Assembly: GCA_964016885.1 (NCBI GenBank)
Contig: OZ024747.1
Span: forward strand, 87,110,001-87,174,000
Origin: Eledone cirrhosa
Taxonomy: Eukaryota
Length of the DNA: 64,000 nucleotides
Reading direction: 5' to 3'
The notes beneath the pieces are model-generated. The model worked only from the letters and a program-made list of their open reading frames with translations. It was not told the DNA's origin and did no database searches. A program made the position numbers and the translations under genes. How positions within the stretch are numbered: the first letter of the stretch is position 1; each line of letters opens with the position of its first letter. Of this stretch, positions 53,889 through 64,000 are shown piece by piece.

Positions 53889-53967
53889 CTGCAAACACCA
53901 CTGGCTGCTGACAATTGAATATAAACACTGCAAAGGATAAAACAAGTCTATCAATCCAAATAGTCAT
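53889..53967 (-). CDS. First coding exon (signal peptide) of the EGF-FN3-TM gene
   Basis: MTIWIDRLVLSFAVFIFNCQQPVVFA, phase-1 donor g/gtagct matching the next exon; in-frame upstream stop; exon acceptor at 53993. Confidence 0.75.
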
Positions 53968-54486
53968 TTTCTGCTTGTGATTCTTTTAACATCTAGAAAG
54001 AAAAAAGATGTAAATAACAATGAATTAGAAAGAAAAATATTAGATTTCTTTCAGTTTTACTTCACTCTTATTGCTCAGTTTCCAGCATTGCACTATATAT
54101 TTATGCTCTCTCTTTAGTCTTCTCAAAGTGGGTTCCATGAATATATATATATAAAATTGCAAGTTTGAAGAATTATTAGATAAAATATATACAGTATTTC
54201 CTCTCCCTAGTCCGTATAAATCAACCACATAAATAATCATTTAAACGAAGCTATAAATTTAAAATGTAACTATCAAGAAATAATAGACAAATGATACAGA
54301 CTATCTTCCAGGAGGGACAGCCAGATCAAATTTACCTAGTCATTCCTTTTAGCCCGTAGAAATTGACTTGACAAATAATCAACTACACGGAGTTAGGTAT
54401 AAAATAGAAGTTTGAAGAAAAAATGCATATAAACTTTACCAAAATTCTTCTAGTCTCGAATACCGGTAGTTTGTATATATATATAT

Positions 54487-54602
54487 ATAGGAAAATGTTC
54501 AAGACCACGATGGCAGAGCTTGAGTGGTTTCGACGGCTATTTCCAGAAATAGCCGTCGAAACAGCTTGAGCTCTGCCGTCGGGGTCTTGAACATTTTCCT
54601 AT
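54487..54602. repeat. ~57-bp-arm palindrome heading a TA-flanked element (54487-54680)
   Basis: ataggaaaatgttcaagacc...gacggctatttc ca gaaatagccgtc...ggtcttgaacattttcctat; tail homologous to 10883-10950 and 11615-11710(-). Confidence 0.9.
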
Positions 54603-54678
54603 TACCCACTCTACTACCCTAAATATTGAGTACTCTGGTGCGTTATGATCCACCTGGTTCCTTACCACACTTCCTTCG

Positions 54679-54716
<38 letters not shown>

Positions 54717-55199
54717 TGAAAATTATTATTAAAAGATCGGAGGCTGTCTGAAGAGCTCAGGCTACCATAACTGAGTCCTCGGTTAAACAGGTATAACAGA
54801 GTTTTGAATAAATCTGAACCAACTGAATATGGCTTCCGATCTTTTAATAATATATAATGCTCCGGCTTGCCCCATTTATACAGGTCATTGAGCACTTCTT
54901 TTTATCTGCTTTACAACTGACATGATGTGGTCTGCACATCCCTGTTCGGTTAACGACAGACAGACAGACAGATTTCTGTTTATTTGCCACTAGGGCACAA
55001 AAGAAAGGGACATGTACATGGGTGGAGGGAGTTTACATGAAAATCGAGTAAGAAAAATATAACAAACAAAATAATAACAAGAAGGTCCTCAATAGGGAGG
55101 GATCGCTTTGGGGTCACACACACACCCGAAAAAAAGTGTGCGACCCTTCTCCACGGGAGCACAAAGAGAGGGTGCTCCCTTCTTTCTGTTCCACCTACA

Positions 55200-58100
55200 G
55201 GCTGAGGTAGAGAGAAGGCCCATTCACACGGGCCATTCTCGCAACTTTCACCCACCTTTCATAAAACTTGCTGGAGTGGAGCACCTCTCTCTCCATCCTG
55301 ATCCTTCTTCCGAAATGGTATCGGAAGAAAAGGACCAGTTGTTGGCCGGAGAGAAAGGTGTCCGACCTCAGCCCTTTCAGACGCGTCCACCATATAGCCT
55401 CTTTTACCATGGCTATTACACAGAGGAAGACTGCCTCTCCTTCATTTTTGAAGGGGGAGGCGGCTTGATCGTTACAATGGACTCAGTGGTCAACCTAATT
55501 GGTCCCACCCGTGACAGCAGTTGTTCGACATAGCCCCACAGATCGGCAACGCCCGGGCAGTGCACCAATGCGTGCGTGACGGTTTCCTCGTCGCGCACGC
55601 ATCTCGGACAGATCTTTTTCGAGGGGTCCCTACCCGGGCGCCCGTGTCTGTAGAGCTTATCCCGAACGGGCAGAGCCCCTCAGTAGCACTGCCAGGCCAA
55701 GGACTTCTGGAAGTTGTCCATAGGTCCCGGGCCGAAAGTCCTACCGAATAGACTGGCCAGTTCGTCCTCCTCCATGCCTAGGGTTTCTCCGAGGGCGTCG
55801 TCGCACCCGCTAACCACCAGCCCTCTATAGAATGACGAGGTGGAGTCTCCGTCGATAGCCGGGTCCGCCTGCCAGAGAGCCGTGAGCGCCTGGGCACACT
55901 CGGTGTGCCAGTCGCCCAGTTTTCTCGGTCTTTGCTTCACCCAGGACTGCAGCTCGGTGAGCGAGATGAGCCTCGGGAAGGCTCGCCTCACAAACGGGGC
56001 CCACACCGGTTGACCGGTGAGGAATACGTGGAGGTGCCTTAGCCTCAATGGGTGTTTACGCATTTTTAGCCACGGCATCCCCAGCCCTCCTTTCAAAGGG
56101 TGTTGACAGCAGATGGATCTCCTCACCAGAGGAGACCTCTTCTTCCAAAGGAAATAAAAGAGGGCGCGCTCCATTTTGGCGAGGATCTCACCCGGGCAAG
56201 GCACGACAGTCAAGCGGTAATAGATGACGGACGCTATGTAAGCGTTCGCCACCTCCGCCCGACCTTTTAGGGATAGTTTGCACTCGGCCCACTTCTGGGT
56301 CAGTGCAAACACCCTATTCGTCACCTCACCCCAGTTTTTCTCCACCTGGAGGTCCGGTCCGAACCAGACCCCAAGCAACTTCACCGGGCTCTCCGTCCAC
56401 CGTCCGACGATACCGTCGCTGGATATCGCTTTGCCCCTCCACTCGCCGAGTTGCAAAGCGACTGACCTGTCCCGGTTCAGCTTAGCCCCTGTCAACCTTT
56501 CGTACTCCTCTAGTAAGGTGCCGATTGCCTCGATTTCCGAGGTGATCGACACCATTACTGTTACGTCATCGGCATAGGCCGACACCGCTTTGCGCAATCC
56601 CGGTTCCAAAGGGATGCCCTGCAACAACTCCAACTTCCGCAGTAATGGCTCGAGAGCCAACACATACAGAAGGGGGGAGAGAGGGCACCCCTGTCGGATG
56701 GAGCGGGTGATTTCGAACGGCTCCGAAAGGTAGCCGTTCACCTTGACTCTAGAGCAGATGCGGCTGCTGTGCATGGCAGTGATCCAGCCCCTGAAAACGG
56801 GTCCGAACCCAGCCGCCGCTAGCACCGCATCCAGGTAACCATGGTCCACCCTATCGAACGCTTTAGACTGATCTAAATTTATCAGGGCCCCACCAAAGCT
56901 GGGTTCGTTCCCAACCCTCTCTATGATGTATCGCATGAGGTGGAGGTTGTCGTGGATGGACCTGGACGGGATAGCGCATGTCTGCGCATCTCCCACCAGG
57001 CCCCCCACGACAAGCGCCAACCTCTTCGCTAACACCTTTGCCAAAATCTTTAACTCTGCATTTAGCAGAGTTATGGGCCTAAAATTACTAATGTCATCCC
57101 CCTTGTTCTCGTCCTTCCTCACTAGCGACACTACGCCCTTGGTCACAGAACAGGGAATTCTCCCGTTCTGTTGCCAGTTGCAGTAGACCGCCTCGAGGAG
57201 ATCGGGGAACAAGTCCGGCATATTAATATATAGTTCGTAGGGCAGACCATCGAGTCCTGGAGATTTGCGTTTGCCGCATAGGCTCAGCACGTCCCCTATT
57301 TCAGCAGCTGAGATCGGCCCGTCGCAGGACCTCGCCCCCTGTCCGAAAGACGCGGCAGGCCGTCGAGGTATGGACCGAAATCCACATCTCCAACCGGCCC
57401 CCCGCCCCTCCCGAACAATTGGGCAAAGTGCCTTTGAAAGGCCTCGCACATTTGCTTAGGTTCAAGGATCAGCCGTCCATCCTGGTCTCGCAAAGACCGG
57501 ATAGTGGATTTAATCCCACTTTTCGCTTCTGTCACGCGGGCCCAGCTAACAGCTTTGGTCCCCTCGTTTCCCAGAGCACGTATTTTGCTTCGGACAACGC
57601 AGCCTTCGTGTTTCGCGTCGAAGAACTGGTTCAAGACCGTTCTCGACGCTTGCACTCTGGCCACGTTGCCGCTTCTCATTGCCTCTTCAACATTAACTAC
57701 CAACTCCCTTTCCTTCCTATTTCTATCTGAGGCTAACTCCTTACTAACTCTTATTGAAACTACTCTAATCTCTCTTTTTAGAGAGCCCCACCACCTGTTG
57801 TTGACGATGGCGCCCGTCAACCGCTCCTTAACTAAGGTTCTAATCCGGTCCCTGTAAGCTCTACTTGCCGGTAAGGACAAGTTGAGCTTCCAGTAACCGG
57901 GCCCCTGCCTATGCGTTCTATCAAGGTGGACTACGCAGGTCACTAACTTGTGGTCTGAATAGCCCACCATGAGCATTTCTGGACAACTTAAAAAGTCCCT
58001 ATCCTTAATTCTAACTAAGAACCTATCTAGGTACGATCTAGATTGACCACTGTTATTTGACCAGGTCCAGTTGGTACAGTTGGAAAATCTAGTCGGTATC

Positions 58101-58630
58101 TATCGGCCAGGTCAAATCGGCCGATTAACCCCCTTAAGGCTGTTGCACTCCCCTCTATCGGGACATGCCCCTACATAGTCCCAACGTGCATCTAGGATAC
58201 CATTCCAGTCCCCCACTAAAAGCAAGGAGCGGGACGTCCCTCGAAAAGTCTCCAGACGATGGAAGAAGTCCGACCGCATTGCCCCAAAAGGGGCGTATAC
58301 GGCGACTAGCCTAAAAGCTTCGCCTTCACCATTGCCAAGGTCCAGAACCACGAGTCGACCCTCCGAGTCCAAGTGTACCGTCTGTGTAGCGAGACCCAGA
58401 TGTTTTTGCAGCAGAACGACAACCCCACCCCCACCTCCGGGCTGACAGAGAGATGCGTGTATCTCTAAGTCATCAAAGGTGGGAGCTAGCTGTCGCATGC
58501 TGCTGATCCGGGCCTCGCAAATAACCATCACATTTATACATTGTGACCAGAGGTCACTTAGAAGTTTAGCTTGCTTCCAAGGTGAGCCCAGGCCACGCGC
58601 ATTTAGACAACCTACTCTTAAGACAGCCAT
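55200..58630 (-). pseudogene. Tx1 ORF2 (APE-RT-CCHC), disrupted by frameshifts near 58100 and 57350 and a stop at 55680
   Basis: LNARGL, VGDWN, SDH, KSPGLDGLP, LDQSKAFDRV, QGCPLSP, AYADD, ETVTHALVHC. Confidence 0.9.
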
Positions 58631-60437
58631 GTTGGTGGCAAAGAAAGAGGCACTTACCTCTCTGCGTCCCGGGGTTCGGGCCGCTCAGTTTCCATGGGGC
58701 TGGTGGAGGGTTGATGGGTGGGGTGGTGGTTTGTGGTGGTGTGGGGGTATTAGTGTGTGGAGGGGTTGGGATCTTTGGAGTTGTGTGGGTGTTTGAGGAG
58801 GGGAGGGGAAAACCTTTCAGGAGGACGCGGTTGAGTGGCCTGGTGCAGGGTGGGCCCACGTCCTCAGGGTAAATGTCTTTCAAAGTTTTGAAAATGTCAA
58901 GTGGGATTTTCACCATTTTCAGGTTGGGGAGCCCCATTGCCGTTACGAAATTCGGCCCTTCGGTTTGTATCGAAGGGTTGTTTTCTATTTTTTCAGTTAG
59001 GTTTTTATTGTTTTTGTTTATGTATGTGTAGAGTTTTTGTGGTGTTGTGTTTGTTTTTGCTTGTTGTTGTTGAGTGAGTTTGCGTTTTATTGTCTGTGTT
59101 GTGTTGTCAGGTGGGGTTATTTTTGTTTGTGTGGTGTGTGTGCGTTTTTTCCTTTTCACTTCTTGGAAGGGAGCCCCCTCGTCTTCCGACGATATGAGCT
59201 CTTCTTCCGTATTGGAGGGGAGGGGTATATCTCCGGGTTGTGTATGAACTGCGTGTGTTTTTGTATTTGTGTTCTGTGGGGTAGGGCTGGGTGGGACCGT
59301 GTTTTGGGTTGTTTTCTTGAGCTGTTGTTGATGTTGTGGTGGTGGTGGTGTTGTTGGTTTTTGTTGTCGTTCTGGTGGTGATGGTAGTGTATTTTGTTGT
59401 TTTTGTGATGGTGGTGCTGGTTGTTTTTGTTGTTGTTGTGGTGTTTGTAGCAGTGGTTTTTTTGTTGTTAGTAGAGGGCAGGCCGTCCTCAGGTGACCTC
59501 TGCCAGCGCAGTGGTAACATGAGGGTCTCCTGCCTTCCACTGTGATATTTATGTAGGTTCGCCCATCCAGTAGCACTCGGTCGGGTATTCCGGAGATTCT
59601 CTCAGGTGTCATCTGTAAGAGAACCTCCAGACTTTTCCCCCCGAACAGTCCACTGGTGGACTCCCCTGCTGAAATGAGTATGTCCTTATCTAGGTCGGTA
59701 AATCCTGTTAGGACGGACCAGATGTTAATTTCTGGCGTAGGGCTCCACATTCTTATCCTTTGTGTTCTTCTTCCTTTATATGTGGGGAAGAAGGTGTATT
59801 GTGGTGACACTATAGGTGCCACCGAATATTTCTGAGCCAGCATTTCGTCCTTCATTCGGACCATAATGCTGGCATACAGCTTTCCTCTTTGAATAAAGAG
59901 TATGTCGTTTTTAATTTCTTTCAGAACCAGCTCAATTTGACTTTCGGTCAATTGCGCTGGCTTTCTCGTTTCGTTGGTTATGGTTCTGTAGGTTACGGTA
60001 TTCTTATAAACCTGTTGACGCACTTCTTCTGGGGAGTTGATCGTAAAAGAACCATCCTCCCCAAAAGATACGTATTTTCTAGCCTCTAGCAAATTTTCCT
60101 TGGCGTTCGTGATGTCTATGGGTTTGTATTCCGTGGCTCTCCTGAGCGTTTGGGCAAAAGAAATTTTGTCTTTGTTTGTTGTTGTAATGTTGTTGGTTTC
60201 CTTATTTGTGGTGTTATTTTTTTCTTGAAAATTAATTTTTTCATTTGAATTAAAATTCTTTTTTTTTTCATTGGAGAGGAGGGGCTGTTCAACAGTTTGA
60301 ACTGTTGTTCCCTCTTTCCTGCTTGTTTTTTTGGTCGGCGTGGCATTCGCTTCCAATATGGCGATATCGTTTTCGACGATATCGTTTTCGACGATATCGT
60401 TATCAACGATATCGTTATCAACGATATCGATAAACAT
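58566..60437 (-). CDS. Tx1 ORF1 (gag-like, CCHC zinc knuckle)
   Basis: 623-aa intact ORF with CYHCAGRGHLRTAC, an N-terminal DIV(D/E)N repeat and a Q/T/P-rich tail. Confidence 0.88.
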   Translation of the reverse strand: MFIDIVDNDIVDNDIVENDIVENDIAILEANATPTKKTSRKEGTTVQTVEQPLLSNEKKKNFNSNEKINFQEKNNTTNKETNNITTTNKDKISFAQTLRRATEYKPIDITNAKENLLEARKYVSFGEDGSFTINSPEEVRQQVYKNTVTYRTITNETRKPAQLTESQIELVLKEIKNDILFIQRGKLYASIMVRMKDEMLAQKYSVAPIVSPQYTFFPTYKGRRTQRIRMWSPTPEINIWSVLTGFTDLDKDILISAGESTSGLFGGKSLEVLLQMTPERISGIPDRVLLDGRTYINITVEGRRPSCYHCAGRGHLRTACPLLTTKKPLLQTPQQQQKQPAPPSQKQQNTLPSPPERQQKPTTPPPPQHQQQLKKTTQNTVPPSPTPQNTNTKTHAVHTQPGDIPLPSNTEEELISSEDEGAPFQEVKRKKRTHTTQTKITPPDNTTQTIKRKLTQQQQAKTNTTPQKLYTYINKNNKNLTEKIENNPSIQTEGPNFVTAMGLPNLKMVKIPLDIFKTLKDIYPEDVGPPCTRPLNRVLLKGFPLPSSNTHTTPKIPTPPHTNTPTPPQTTTPPINPPPAPWKLSGPNPGTQRGKCLFLCHQHGCLKSRLSKCAWPGLTLEAS

Positions 60438-60680
60438 TTTTGAATTAATTATTTTTCACCCCAAAAGGGGTGAAAATATAATTACCCTACGTCTAAAGTC
60501 CCAGACTAGGGGTTAGAGTTAATAATACAAAAGAATTCAAAAAATTCACTCACAAAAATAGCAGGTAACAATCCCAAATCGCAGAGCCGATATGAAACAC
60601 GTCTACTATCCTCAGACAGACAGACAGACAGATATATATATATATGTGTGTACATACATACATATATATATATATATACA

Positions 60681-60865
60681 TATATAAGAAGAAATCAAAA
60701 GATGGTTAAAAAAGTTCCATATATTTTATTATGCGCATTTCAAAAACAAATATCATCCTGGGACGATATTTGCGTTTATCGTCCCAGGATGATATTTATT
60801 TTTGAAATGCGCATAATAAAATACATGGAACTTTTTTAACCATCTTTTAATTTCTTCTTATATAT
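60681..60865. repeat. ~88-bp-arm near-perfect palindrome
   Basis: tatataagaagaaat...gacgata tttgcgtt tatcgtc...atttcttcttatata. Confidence 0.92.
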
Positions 60866-60949
60866 ACTCCAGTCCAATAAACTGTTGAGTGCTACTTATC
60901 CGATATTTGCATTGCTTTATTGTTCTACAAAAAAAAACTCACCTCCTAC

Positions 60950-63970
<3,021 letters not shown>

Positions 63971-64000
63971 AATTGGAATAAATGCTCTGAAATAGCGATA

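Larger units (their letters stand above)
54973..60612 (-). mobile_element. Full-length Tx1/L1-clade retrotransposon flanked by an 18-bp (GACA)n target-site duplication
   Basis: ORF1 + overlapping ORF2 (APE, RT, C-terminal CCHC); AATAAA near the 3' end; gacagacagacagacaga at 54955-54972 and 60615-60632. Confidence 0.92.

Overview
AT-rich, repeat-dense metazoan genomic DNA. The repeat families and EGFR sequence suggest a mollusc, probably a cephalopod such as an octopus (inference). The window holds the 3' part of an EGFR/ErbB receptor tyrosine kinase gene: 23 GT-AG coding exons on the + strand, 10033-45840, with the 5' exons outside the window. A convergent complete 2-coding-exon gene on the - strand encodes a 320-aa signal peptide-EGF-FN3-TM protein. 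Mobile DNA includes a near-intact CR1/L2-group LINE, a young 5'-truncated RTE LINE, a full-length Tx1/L1 element inserted in a (TCTG)n tract, piggyBac-type MITEs, tRNA-SINEs and kb-long TA arrays. Three non-obvious signals stand out. (1) Several unrelated small non-coding elements embedded in (TA)n carry minimal type-I hammerhead ribozymes of the Penelope/retrozyme type, including a U3-A8 core variant and fold-back palindromes centred on the ribozyme stem II. (2) A partial duplicate of an EGFR domain-IV exon retains an intact acceptor and could give a secreted, truncated ectodomain isoform. (3) An HIV-type U UUU UUA slippery site links LINE ORF1 to an ORF2 that has no usable ATG.
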